From: Galactobacter sp.
Lineage (GTDB): Bacteria; Actinomycetota; Actinomycetes; Actinomycetales; Micrococcaceae
Assembly: GCA_022712075.1 (NCBI GenBank)
Contig: JALAHE010000108.1
Location: 1-35,576, forward strand
Direction: 5' to 3'
Length of the DNA stretch: 35,576 nucleotides
In this document: in pieces, positions 18,253 through 27,299 of the stretch
Layout: each line of letters starts with the position of its first letter
Numbering within the stretch: the stretch's first letter is position 1
Notes under the pieces: generated by a model
What the model was told of the DNA's origin: nothing
Seen by the model: only the letters and a program-made list of their open reading frames with translations
Database searches by the model: none
Program-made: the position numbers and the translations under genes

Positions 18253-18753
18253 ATGGCAGCTGAGAACAACGCGGCGAACGCCGCCCCCGACCTTTCCGAC
18301 ACCCCGGCCACGCTCGCCGCGCGGGCCGCGGGCATCGAGCACGAGGTGCGCTCCCACGGGCGCGTCGGCTCCCTCGAGGAGGCGGCAGCGGCGCTCGGCG
18401 TCGAATCCCGCGAGATCGTGAAGACGCTCGTGGTGCGCCGCACCGAGGGCGAGCACCTGCTCGTCTTGGTGCCCGGGGATCGCCGCTTCTCCTGGCCCAA
18501 GCTGCGCGCCCTCCTGGGCGAGAACCGCTTGACGATGCCGGACGCCGACGGCGCCAAGGCCGTCACGGGCTACGCGCGCGGCACCATCACGCCCTTCGGC
18601 ACCACCACGCCCCTGCCGGTGGTGCTCGATGCCTCCCTGCGCGGCCAGCGAGTCTCGCTCGGCGCTGGGCGGCACGGGCTGGCGCTCGTGGTCAACGCCG
18701 ACGACGTCGCTGCCACCTTCGACGGGCGCTTCGAGGACGTCACCGACGCATGA
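18253..18753 (+). CDS. YbaK/EbsC aminoacyl-tRNA deacylase family protein
   Basis: EAAAALG...IVKTLV (conserved Lys), VPGD, VTGYARGTITPFG, GAG. ATG lies 7 nt after TAGGCT. Confidence 0.88.
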   Translation: MAAENNAANAAPDLSDTPATLAARAAGIEHEVRSHGRVGSLEEAAAALGVESREIVKTLVVRRTEGEHLLVLVPGDRRFSWPKLRALLGENRLTMPDADGAKAVTGYARGTITPFGTTTPLPVVLDASLRGQRVSLGAGRHGLALVVNADDVAATFDGRFEDVTDA

Positions 18754-19586
18754 GCGCGCCGGGGACGGTGTGGCTCCTCGCCGCGCCGCTTGAGGGTTTC
18801 CCCGACAACGGGCCCAGTTCCGGCCCCGGTTCTGGCCTCGGTTTCGGCCGGGCGGCCGGGGACGCTGGACGCGAAGCGCTGGGCGCCGCCGAGCCGGCCG
18901 AGGGCTTCGGCACTCCGAGTGCCGCCGAACTCGAACGGGCTGCGGCCTTCACCTTGCCCGCGGTGCGCGAGCGCTTCCTCGCCGGGCGGAGGCTTCTGCG
19001 CGTTGCAGGGGCCGCCGCACTCGGCGTGCCGGCGGCGCGGCTGTCCGTTGCTTCCTTCTGCCCCCGGTGCGGGGAGGGTGGGCACGGCGCGCCGGCCCTG
19101 GTCGACACCCTCACGGGCGCGGTGGTGGCCTCGGCGAGCCTCTCCCGCGCTGCCGGGTGGGGTGTGGCCGCCGTGGCGCCGCCCGGGTGGGCGCTCGGCG
19201 TCGATCTCGTCGATCCTGGCGATCCGGCGTTCGACCCGGGAGCGCCCGGCTACGTCGGCACCGCGGAGTCCTGGGCGATCGCCGAGGCGGAGGGCAAAGC
19301 AAGGGGGGAGGGGCTGGTACCTGCCCCTGCCCCTGCTCCCGCACCGGAGACCGGGCCCGTCCTCGCCGTGGCGCTCACCCTCGGAGCGGCGGCCGGCCGC
19401 GGCCGGCACGGGGTCGCATCGCCGGGCGAAGCGGCACCGGACGGCGCCCGGCGAACCGTATCGGCCGCCGTCGTGCATCCGGTTCCCGGCACGGCGCTGT
19501 TGTGCGCCCTTAGCGTGGCGACGCCGGACGGAGGCGCGCTACCGGGCCCCGCGTGGCTGGGGACTAAGGAATTGGGTCTTCATTAG
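18750..19586 (+). CDS. 4'-phosphopantetheinyl transferase-like protein (divergent Sfp type)
   Basis: RERFLAGRRLLR, CPRCG...HGAP, SLSRAAG, LGVDLV, WAIAEAEGKARGEGL (canonical forms GxDxE and WxxKEAxxKxxGxG). ATGA overlap with YbaK. Confidence 0.65.
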   Translation: MSAPGTVWLLAAPLEGFPDNGPSSGPGSGLGFGRAAGDAGREALGAAEPAEGFGTPSAAELERAAAFTLPAVRERFLAGRRLLRVAGAAALGVPAARLSVASFCPRCGEGGHGAPALVDTLTGAVVASASLSRAAGWGVAAVAPPGWALGVDLVDPGDPAFDPGAPGYVGTAESWAIAEAEGKARGEGLVPAPAPAPAPETGPVLAVALTLGAAAGRGRHGVASPGEAAPDGARRTVSAAVVHPVPGTALLCALSVATPDGGALPGPAWLGTKELGLH

Positions 19587-19670
19587 TCCCCCTCAAAGAG
19601 TGCTCTTCAAGATCTTTTTGTTCAGCTTTTAGGTCTCGTCTAACGCGTTCATAATGCCTAGACTGGCCGC

Positions 19671-20327
19671 ATGTCTCCCACCGAGCGCAACACCTTGCCG
19701 CAGGCCTCCATCCCCGGACCCCTCGGCCGCAATAGCGAGCGTGGACGCATCCTTGACGCCGCCGCCAACTACCTTGCCAAGCACGGCTTCGAGCGACTGC
19801 CCGCTTCGGTGCTCGCACAGGATTCGGGCATCCCCGAATCCCGCTTGAAGCAGCACTTCCCCACGGAGGAGGCCTTGTTCGCCTCCACGCTGAACCTCGT
19901 TGACGCCAAGAACATCTCCGCATACTTCGCGGGGGCCCAGGGCCGCGGCTGGGCGGGCCTCGAGGCCTGGGCACCGCTGCTGGACGCCGTGGTGCACCAG
20001 CCCGGTGCGCTGCAGCTGTACTCGACGATGCGCGCCCAGGCGGGGGACCGCGAGCACCCGGCCCACGGCTGGGTCACGACGCACCGGGATCTCTGCGTCG
20101 ATGTGCTCCAGCACGCCATGCTCACGGGCATCGACGCGGGCGAGATCGACCCCTCGATTCCAGTGGATCTGGTGGCCTACCAGATGATCGCCATGACCGA
20201 GGGTGTGCAGCTGCACTGGCTCAGCAGCGGCGGGCGTGCCAAGCAGGGCGAACCCATCCGCGCCTTCGTGGAGAACCTGCGCTACCGCTACGGCGTTCCC
20301 CCACACCAGGGACCGGGCGAGGCCTAG
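19671..20327 (+). CDS. TetR/AcrR family regulator
   Basis: RILDAAANYLAKHGF...LAQDSGIPESRLKQHFPTEEALF HTH; HPAH..W and GVQLHWL C-terminal pattern. ATG lies 6 nt after TAGACT. Confidence 0.85.
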   Translation: MSPTERNTLPQASIPGPLGRNSERGRILDAAANYLAKHGFERLPASVLAQDSGIPESRLKQHFPTEEALFASTLNLVDAKNISAYFAGAQGRGWAGLEAWAPLLDAVVHQPGALQLYSTMRAQAGDREHPAHGWVTTHRDLCVDVLQHAMLTGIDAGEIDPSIPVDLVAYQMIAMTEGVQLHWLSSGGRAKQGEPIRAFVENLRYRYGVPPHQGPGEA

Positions 20328-21061
20328 CCCGCCGCGAGGACGCAGAACTCGTTGCCCTCGGGGTCCTGCAGTGTGACCCAGCTGGCCCCGGCCGGCGCGG
20401 TGTCGGTGCGGGTGGCCCCGAGGGCCTCGAGCCTGGCCGCCTCGTCCGCGGCAGAGCCGCCGGGGTAGGCCTTGAGGTCAAGGTGCAGGCGGGTCGGGAA
20501 GCGCCCCGGCTCCGGGACCTGCAGGAACTCGACAAACGGGCCCACGCCGCTGGGGGAGCGGAAGCTCACGAAGTCGGCCTCGTCGTCCACGATGACCCAG
20601 TCGGTCGCCTCGGCATAGAAGGCCTTGAGCGGCGCCACGTCGGTGCACTCGGTGACGACAGCCGCGATCGGCCCGGTGGTGGCGTATTCCGGGCGCGGCT
20701 CGAGCACGCAGAAGACGTTGCCCTCGGGATCCTCGAGCACCTCCCACGGCACCTCGCCCTGGCCCACGTCCTTGCGCCGCGCGCCGAGCGCGAGCAGCTC
20801 CTGCACCCACCGGGACTGGTGCTCGAGGGAGTGGGTGGCGAGGTCGAGATGGCCGCGGTGCCTCGCCGGATCACCCTCCGGTACACGGACGATGTCCATG
20901 GTGAGCGCGTCAGCGCTGGGCCAGCTCAGGCCCGCCGGGAGCAGGTTGAGCACGCCGGGCGCCTCTTCCTCGCTCTCCCACCCCAGGGCAGCAGCCCAGA
21001 ACCCACCGAGCGCCAGCTCGTCCTCTGCAGTGATGTTCACCTGAACCGGTCGCGAAGCCAT
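20324..21061 (-). CDS. Two-domain VOC/glyoxalase-like protein
   Basis: Duplicated FWAAALGW / HLDL / LGA / DPEGN(V/E)FCVL modules. Confidence 0.88.
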   Translation of the reverse strand: MASRPVQVNITAEDELALGGFWAAALGWESEEEAPGVLNLLPAGLSWPSADALTMDIVRVPEGDPARHRGHLDLATHSLEHQSRWVQELLALGARRKDVGQGEVPWEVLEDPEGNVFCVLEPRPEYATTGPIAAVVTECTDVAPLKAFYAEATDWVIVDDEADFVSFRSPSGVGPFVEFLQVPEPGRFPTRLHLDLKAYPGGSAADEAARLEALGATRTDTAPAGASWVTLQDPEGNEFCVLAAG

Positions 21062-21070
21062 GCATCAAGT

Positions 21071-22411
21071 CTAGGGCTGGGGAAAGGGCGGGAGATCCTC
21101 GCGGTCGAGCCACGCGGAGAGCACCCTCAGGGGATCCTGGCCGGGCGCCGCGTGGGCGAGCAGGTGGGCCTCGAAGAGCGCACGGTCCACGCTGCCGTGA
21201 CGGTGCTCCGCGGTCCAGGCGTGCAGCATGCGGGTGAAGCGCTCGTCGCCCAGCTCCACGCGCAGCGCCAAGACCGTGAGGGCCCCGCGCTTGTAGACCC
21301 GATCGTCGAACATATCGGCGGGGCCGGGGTCCCCGATGCGCAGGTCCTGCGGGCCGGCCTGGAGCCCGGCCCAGGCCCGCCACGCGCGCTCGCGCAGGGG
21401 AGTGGAGCCGGAAGCCTCGGACCAGAGCCACTCGGCATAGCAGGCGAAGCCCTCGTGCATCCAGACATCGCGCCACCCGCGCACGGTGAGGGAGTTGCCG
21501 AACCACTGATGGGCGAACTCGTGCGCGATGAGCCGCTGGGCCTCCCAGGCCCGCGTGAGGTGGTTGTCCCCGAACACCGACAGGCCCTGCGCCTCGAGCG
21601 GGATCTCAAGCTCGTCCTCCGTGACGACCGCCCCGTAGCTCGCGAACGGGTAGGGGCCGAACGCTTCCTCGAAGGCCTCGAGGAGATCCGCCTGATCGGA
21701 GAACGTGATCTGGGCGCGCACCGCCTGGGCATCGGAGCTGTAGAGCGTGAGCGGCGTGCCCTGCGCCCCCGCCTGCCCGAGGGGGCGCGGCTGGTAGCGG
21801 CCTATCTGCAGCGTGGCGAGGTAGGCGGCCGTGGGGGCCTCCTGCTCGAAGACCCACGTTTCGCGGCTCGAGGTGCGCCGGTGTTCCACGAGCAGCCCTG
21901 GAGCTACGGGCCGGTAGCCGGCGTCCGTGGTGATGCTCATCCGGTACGCCGACTTGTCTCCCGGGGTGTCGTTGCAGGGGAACCATGTGGAGGCGCCGTC
22001 GGGCTGCCCGGCCACGAGCACGCCGTCCTCGAGCTCCTCCCAGCCCACGTCGCCCCACGGCCCCAGCCGCGGCCCGGGGTTGCCGCCGTAGCGAATCTGC
22101 ACCTCGACCGGAGCCCCGGCGTGTTTGGCGGGCAGCGGGAAGGAGAGCCGCGAGTGGCGGTGCTTGAACGTGACCTTCTTGCCGTCGACGTTGATGCGGT
22201 GGACCGCCAGCCCCACGAGGTCTAGCTCGGCGCGCTCGGTGCCGGGGCGGGCCACGAGCCGCAGGGTCGCGGTGCCGTCCAAGCGATTGCCGCCGAGCTT
22301 GCAGGCGAGCTCAAGCTCGTAGCGCTCGACGTGGAGGCTCCCGTTCCCCGTGTGCGGGGAGTACGGGTCGGGTGCCTCGGCGGCCGCCTGGCCGGCGTGG
22401 GAGTGGCTCAT
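21071..22411 (-). CDS. M1 family zinc metallopeptidase (putative poly-amino-acid-degrading, Pld-like)
   Basis: HEFAHQWFGN...WMHEGFA (HEXXH-18-E), WFPCND, VYKRG. The GAMEN position reads IPLEAQ. Directly downstream of the Pls-like NRPS. Confidence 0.9.
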   Translation of the reverse strand: MSHSHAGQAAAEAPDPYSPHTGNGSLHVERYELELACKLGGNRLDGTATLRLVARPGTERAELDLVGLAVHRINVDGKKVTFKHRHSRLSFPLPAKHAGAPVEVQIRYGGNPGPRLGPWGDVGWEELEDGVLVAGQPDGASTWFPCNDTPGDKSAYRMSITTDAGYRPVAPGLLVEHRRTSSRETWVFEQEAPTAAYLATLQIGRYQPRPLGQAGAQGTPLTLYSSDAQAVRAQITFSDQADLLEAFEEAFGPYPFASYGAVVTEDELEIPLEAQGLSVFGDNHLTRAWEAQRLIAHEFAHQWFGNSLTVRGWRDVWMHEGFACYAEWLWSEASGSTPLRERAWRAWAGLQAGPQDLRIGDPGPADMFDDRVYKRGALTVLALRVELGDERFTRMLHAWTAEHRHGSVDRALFEAHLLAHAAPGQDPLRVLSAWLDREDLPPFPQP

Positions 22412-22492
22412 GCTGCGCTTCTTCTCTGCGTGTGGGGTCCTGGCGTCCAGCCCCTCGGGGCCGTGGCGTGTCTCGTGCGTGTGTGGAGCAGG

Positions 22493-25400
22493 CTACCGTT
22501 CCGCGTCGGCCCACGGCTCCACGGGGTTGCCCGTCCACCGCGAACCGGCCGGGACCAGCTCGCCGCGCATGACAAGCGAGGCGGGTCCCGTGGTCGATCC
22601 GGCGCCGAGCGCGGCGGCCGGGAGGATGACGGAGTTGGGGCCGAGGGTCGAGCCCGCTGCGAGGTCAACCGTGTCGATCGCCATGACGCGGTCGTGGAAG
22701 AGGTGGGTCTGCACCACGCAGCCGCGGTTGACGGTCGAGGAGTCGCCGAGGCGCACGAGGTCGGCCTCGGGCAGCCAATAGCTCTCGCACCACACGCCAT
22801 GGCCGATCTTGGCGCCCAGCCCGCGCAGGAACCAGACGAGCGCGGGCGTGCCGGAGGCGGCGCGGGCGAACCACGGGGCGCAGAGCATCTCGATGAAGGC
22901 ATCAACCACCTCGTTGCGCCAGATGAACGAGCTCCAGAGCGGGTGCTCGCCCTCGCGCAGGCGCCCCACAAGGAGCCACTTGACGGCGATCGCGACGAGC
23001 GCCGCAGCCCCGCCGGCGGCGAGCAAGACCGCGCCGGAGAGGAGGACGGCGGCGAGCGGCCCCCAGCTGTTCCAGAGGACGTCAAGGACCAGGAGCACCC
23101 CGGCCGCCGTCGCCACGGTGGCGAGGACGGCCAGGAGCCGCAGGAGCTCCCAGGCGCCGCGGGCCACCTTGAGCCGCGTGGGTGGGGCGTAGGTGCGCTC
23201 ATCCTGGGCCTCGACGGCGGCGCGGCGCAGCTTCACCGGCGGGCTGCCGAGCCACGACGAGCCGGCCTTGGCCTTGGGCGGGGTCGCGGAGAGGACGGCA
23301 ACGAGGCCGCCCTTGGGCACGCGGCGACCCGCAGCCGCCATGCCGGAGTTGCCGAGGAAGGCGCGCTTGCCCACCTTGGCCGGGGCCACGTGCAGCCAGC
23401 CGCCGCCGAGCTCGTAGGAGGCGACGAGCGTGTCGTCGGCGAGGAAGGCGCCGTCGCCGATCGTTGTCATCTTCGGGATGAGCAGAACCGTCGAGGCCTC
23501 GACGTCGCGCCCCACCTTGGCGCCGAGCAGCCGCAGCCACACGGGGGTGGCGAGCGAGGCGTACAGCGGGAAGAGCAGGTCTCGAGCCACGTCGAGCAGG
23601 CGCTCCGTGGCCCAGATCCGCCAGGCGACGGCGCCCTCGGCCGGGTGCCAGCCCTCGGTGATCTTGAGCGAGAGCAGGCGCACCGTAATGAGGATGATGA
23701 GCGCCGTGGAGAGGAACCACACGGCGGCGGCCAGGGGCAGCGCCAGCCAGAGCGACGACGCCGCCTCGCCGAGGGAGGCGTGCCCGCGCAGGAAGGGGGT
23801 GGCGGCGAGCACCGCGAGCGCCACGGAGACCCAGGGGAGCAGGGCAAGCCCGGCGCCGCCGAGCGCGAAGCCGAGCTTGGCGCCGCGGTGGCTCGGGGGA
23901 ACAGTGTCAGGCCAGGCCCCGCGGGCCTTGCCGATGCGGCGGGCGGGCGAACCGGCGACGGCCGCGCGGGCCTTGACCTTGCCGATGACGGCGGAGCCGG
24001 GGGCCACGTCGGCGCCGTCGCCCACCTTGGCGCCGGGGTGCAGGGTGCTGCGGGCGCCCACGACGGCGTCTTCGCCGATGCTCAGCTCGCCGATGATGAG
24101 GCGGTCGCCGTCGATCCAGTAGCCGGAGAGGTCCACCTCGGGCTCGATCGAGGCGCCGTCGCCGATGCGCAGCAGCCCCGTCACGGGCGGCACGGAGTGC
24201 AGGGTGACGTCCTTGCCGATCGTGGCGCCGAGCCCGCGGGCGTAGCGCTTGACCCAGACGGCCCCGGCCAGGGAGACCGGGTCCACGAGGTCGGCGATGT
24301 GCTGGGCGAGCCACAGCCGCAGGTGCACGGAACCAGAGCGCGGGTACTCGCCGGGGCCAACGCCCCGCAGGAGCAGGCGGGAGGCCACGACGGACAGGGC
24401 CATGCGGCCGGGAGGGCTCACGAAGAGCGCCCAGCTGAGGAGGATCCACCACCAAGAGACGACGTGGTGGCCCTGCAGCACGCCGGCGGCGCTGAGCAGA
24501 TTGCCGCCGATGGCCAGGTAGGTCAGCCAGCGCATGCCCACGCGCACAAAGAGCGGGATGCCGGCCAGCGTCTGCGCGAACTGGGCGCCGCGCCGCGTCC
24601 GCGCAACCTCGCGCGGCGGGGGCGGCGGCGTGGCAGTGGAGGCGCCGAGGAAATCGATCAGCGCCCCGAGGCGGGGATGCGAATAGAGGTCGGCCACCGT
24701 CACCTGCGGGTGCCGCTCGCGCAACAGCGACACGAGCCGGGCCGCCGTGAGCGAGCCGCCTCCCACAGCGAAGAAGTCGGCATCGAGCCCGCCAGGCGCC
24801 CCGCCGAGCACATCGGAGAAGGAGCGCGCGATGAAGCCGGCGTCCTCGTCCAGGGCGGCCAGCGCGCCGTTGTCGGCCTGCTCCGCGCCCGGGAGGGGCC
24901 ACGGAAGGGCGGCCCGGTCCACCTTGCCGCTCGTCTTGGTCGGCAGGGACTCGAGCTGCGCGAGGAGCGGCACGAGGGCGGCCGGAAGGTCGACCAAGAG
25001 CGTCTCGCGGGCCGCCTTGAGATCGAGCTCGTGGTCGGCGGCCAGGTAGCCGACCAAGATCTGATTGCCGGCCGCGGTGGTGCGCACGGCGGCCGCCGCG
25101 CCGGAGACACCGGGCAAGTTCTGCAGCGCGCTGTCCAGCTCGCCGAGTTCGATGCGGCGGCCTCCGACCTTCACCTGGTCGTCGGCGCGGCCGACAAAGA
25201 GCAGGCCGAGGTGATCGTTGACCACGAGGTCGCCCGAGCGATAGGCCCGCTCCCAGCCGAGGGTCGGTAGGGGGGCGTACTTGGCCGCGTCCTTCTCGGG
25301 GTCGAGATATCTGGCCAAGCCCACGCCGCCGATGATGAGTTCGCCCGTGGCGCCCTCGGCCACGGGGATCCCGGTCGCGGGATCCACGACGGCCAGGTCC

Positions 25401-26455
25401 CAGCCGTCCAGGGGCAGGCCGATCCGCACCGGCCCCTCGCCCGTGAGCGGGGCGGCGCAGGCCACGACGGTGGCCTCGGTGGGGCCGTAGGTGTTCCAGA
25501 CCTCGCGGCCGGGCTGGGCCAGGCGGGCGGCCAGTTCGGGCGGGCAGGCCTCGCCGCCGAAGATCAGCAGGCGCACCTCCTCGAGCGCCTCGGCCGGCCA
25601 GAGGGCCGCGAGCGTGGGGACGGTGGAGACGGCGGTGACGCCGCGCTGGGAGAGCCACGGGCCAAGGTCGGCGCCGGTCCGCACGAGCTCGCGCGGCGCT
25701 GGAACCAGGCAGGCGCCGTGACGCCAGGCGAGCCACATTTCCTCGCACGAGGCATCGAAGGCCACCGAGAGGCCGGCGAGCACGCGGTCGCCCGGGCCGA
25801 GCGGCTCGGCCTGCTGGAAGATCCTGGCCTCGGCGTCGACGAAGGCGGCGGCGTTGCGATGGGTCACCGCCACGCCCTTGGGGGTGCCGGTGGAGCCGGA
25901 GGTGAAGATGATCCACGCGTCATCGGTGATGAGCGGTTCGCGGCTCGGAGCCGCTGCGGAACCCGGCGCGCGGGCCGGAACGGCGACGGCATCGCCGTCG
26001 AGCTGCGTCAGGAGCGCCGCGACGCCCGCCTCGCCGAAGACGAGCTCGGCGCGCTCGGCCGGGTCGTCGGCGTCAACCGGGACGTAGGCCGCGCCGATCG
26101 CGAGCACCGCGAGGATGCTGACGTAGAGCTGGCGGGTGCCGGAGGGAAGCCGGATGCCGATGCGATCGCCCGCCCCGTGGCCCGCGGCGCGCAAGCGCTC
26201 GGCCAGGGAATCCACGGCCTGGAGCAATCCGGCGTAATCAAGCAGGAGTTCCCCGTCGTCGATGGCGGGGGCCTCGGGATGCGCGGCGGCGCTTGCCCGG
26301 AGGATGTCGAGAAGGGTGCGCGGCTCTGGCGCGCGCTCGCCTCCCGGGAACTGGGCGGCGAAGAGGGAGGCGCCGTCGGCCTCCCGGCGGGCCGATGCGT
26401 CGGTGCCGGCGCCCGCGGGGACGGCTGGGGGTGCCACGTCGGGGGTGCTGGGCAC
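22493..26455 (-). CDS. Pls/PosA-family membrane-bound single-module NRPS (A-T-TM/C-like repeats), epsilon-poly-L-lysine synthetase-like
   Basis: A domain FTSGSTGTPKG, FDASCEEMW, NTYGPTE, YRSGD, GRADDQVKVGGRRIELGE, SGKVDR; T domain DFFAVGGGSL; three TM-pair plus beta-helix repeats (RGLGATIG, RLLGAKVG, RGLGAKIG); QTHLFHDR; WTGNP. AGGAGG RBS before GTG. Confidence 0.93.
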   Translation of the reverse strand: MPSTPDVAPPAVPAGAGTDASARREADGASLFAAQFPGGERAPEPRTLLDILRASAAAHPEAPAIDDGELLLDYAGLLQAVDSLAERLRAAGHGAGDRIGIRLPSGTRQLYVSILAVLAIGAAYVPVDADDPAERAELVFGEAGVAALLTQLDGDAVAVPARAPGSAAAPSREPLITDDAWIIFTSGSTGTPKGVAVTHRNAAAFVDAEARIFQQAEPLGPGDRVLAGLSVAFDASCEEMWLAWRHGACLVPAPRELVRTGADLGPWLSQRGVTAVSTVPTLAALWPAEALEEVRLLIFGGEACPPELAARLAQPGREVWNTYGPTEATVVACAAPLTGEGPVRIGLPLDGWDLAVVDPATGIPVAEGATGELIIGGVGLARYLDPEKDAAKYAPLPTLGWERAYRSGDLVVNDHLGLLFVGRADDQVKVGGRRIELGELDSALQNLPGVSGAAAAVRTTAAGNQILVGYLAADHELDLKAARETLLVDLPAALVPLLAQLESLPTKTSGKVDRAALPWPLPGAEQADNGALAALDEDAGFIARSFSDVLGGAPGGLDADFFAVGGGSLTAARLVSLLRERHPQVTVADLYSHPRLGALIDFLGASTATPPPPPREVARTRRGAQFAQTLAGIPLFVRVGMRWLTYLAIGGNLLSAAGVLQGHHVVSWWWILLSWALFVSPPGRMALSVVASRLLLRGVGPGEYPRSGSVHLRLWLAQHIADLVDPVSLAGAVWVKRYARGLGATIGKDVTLHSVPPVTGLLRIGDGASIEPEVDLSGYWIDGDRLIIGELSIGEDAVVGARSTLHPGAKVGDGADVAPGSAVIGKVKARAAVAGSPARRIGKARGAWPDTVPPSHRGAKLGFALGGAGLALLPWVSVALAVLAATPFLRGHASLGEAASSLWLALPLAAAVWFLSTALIILITVRLLSLKITEGWHPAEGAVAWRIWATERLLDVARDLLFPLYASLATPVWLRLLGAKVGRDVEASTVLLIPKMTTIGDGAFLADDTLVASYELGGGWLHVAPAKVGKRAFLGNSGMAAAGRRVPKGGLVAVLSATPPKAKAGSSWLGSPPVKLRRAAVEAQDERTYAPPTRLKVARGAWELLRLLAVLATVATAAGVLLVLDVLWNSWGPLAAVLLSGAVLLAAGGAAALVAIAVKWLLVGRLREGEHPLWSSFIWRNEVVDAFIEMLCAPWFARAASGTPALVWFLRGLGAKIGHGVWCESYWLPEADLVRLGDSSTVNRGCVVQTHLFHDRVMAIDTVDLAAGSTLGPNSVILPAAALGAGSTTGPASLVMRGELVPAGSRWTGNPVEPWADAER

Positions 26456-26540
26456 CGCGACCTCCTGTAGTTAAGACCGGAGGACTGACGTCTGGTCGCC
26501 CCCGGCCGGTGTGCCCCTCCCGGGAGGGAGGGCGCGCACC

Positions 26541-26573
26541 ACGCTAGGGATCGGAAGTGTACGGGAGGTGAAC
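26541..26573 (-). promoter_or_regulatory. Promoter of the Pls operon with PHO-box-like 11-nt direct repeats
   Basis: Minus strand GTTCACCTCCC-GTACACTTCCG; GTACAC ends 10 nt upstream of a TAGCGT -10 (26546-26541). Confidence 0.55.
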
Positions 26574-26580
26574 GGGTGCG

Positions 26581-27147
26581 TCAGGCTCCCGGCGCCGGTC
26601 GTTCACCGGTCGGTGCCAGGTAGCGCAGCAGCTCCTTGGTTTCTTCGTCCTCCGGGGTGAGTCCAAGGGAGAGGAGCTGGTTGATGAGCATGCCTCGAGC
26701 GAAGAAGGTACGGGCCACCTCCTCCGGGAGACCCGCCTCGCGGCGCAGCAAGCGGTAGAGGTCCATGAACCATTCGCGCACCTGGGGGCCGATCGTGGGG
26801 TGATCGCCCATGGTGTTCTGCTGGACCATGAGCTTCAGGACCGTCGCGTCCTCCACGAGGTCGTGGTAGCAAGCCCCGATGACAGCGGGGTTGACCGGAC
26901 GCTCGGGAGTGCGCGCGATGGCGGCTCGGAACGAGGAGATGAGCGCCTCGTGACCTTCGGCACAACAGCGCAGGAACAGGCGCTCCTTGGAGCCGAACAG
27001 GCGCACGACGTAGGGCTGGGAAACACCAGCCTTACGGGCGATCGCATCGGTGGTGGCACCGGCAAAGCCGTGCGTGGCGAATTCGGCCTTGGCGGCCGCC
27101 ACCACGCCGGTGGCCTTTGGCGTGAGGACACGGGACAGGTCTGTCAT
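26581..27147 (-). CDS. TetR/AcrR family regulator
   Basis: AAKAEFATHGFAGATTDAIARKAGVSQPYVVRLFGSKERLF HTH; FFARGMLIN C-terminal motif. Start uncertain (27147 or 27165). Confidence 0.88.
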   Translation of the reverse strand: MTDLSRVLTPKATGVVAAAKAEFATHGFAGATTDAIARKAGVSQPYVVRLFGSKERLFLRCCAEGHEALISSFRAAIARTPERPVNPAVIGACYHDLVEDATVLKLMVQQNTMGDHPTIGPQVREWFMDLYRLLRREAGLPEEVARTFFARGMLINQLLSLGLTPEDEETKELLRYLAPTGERPAPGA

Positions 27148-27299
27148 GAGGATGGTTGAACTCATTAGTTGGTCAATCTCGATTTCGGTGGGGGAGCGCC
27201 GCATGCGCGGCACCGAACAATGACAACGATCCTAGCGGTCGTGTCTGTGGGGCAATGAAGGGGCTGACGAAAAGTCGAGTTTCCGGCTACCATGGTGGC

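Noticed and set aside
15607-18675. 1022-aa minus-strand ORF
   Set aside because: Antisense shadow of pheT/ybaK
22331-25270. 979-aa plus-strand ORF, and similar long ORFs at 20483-22225, 29739-31661 and 31490-33127
   Set aside because: Antisense to well-supported genes; low-complexity Arg/Gly/Ala translations
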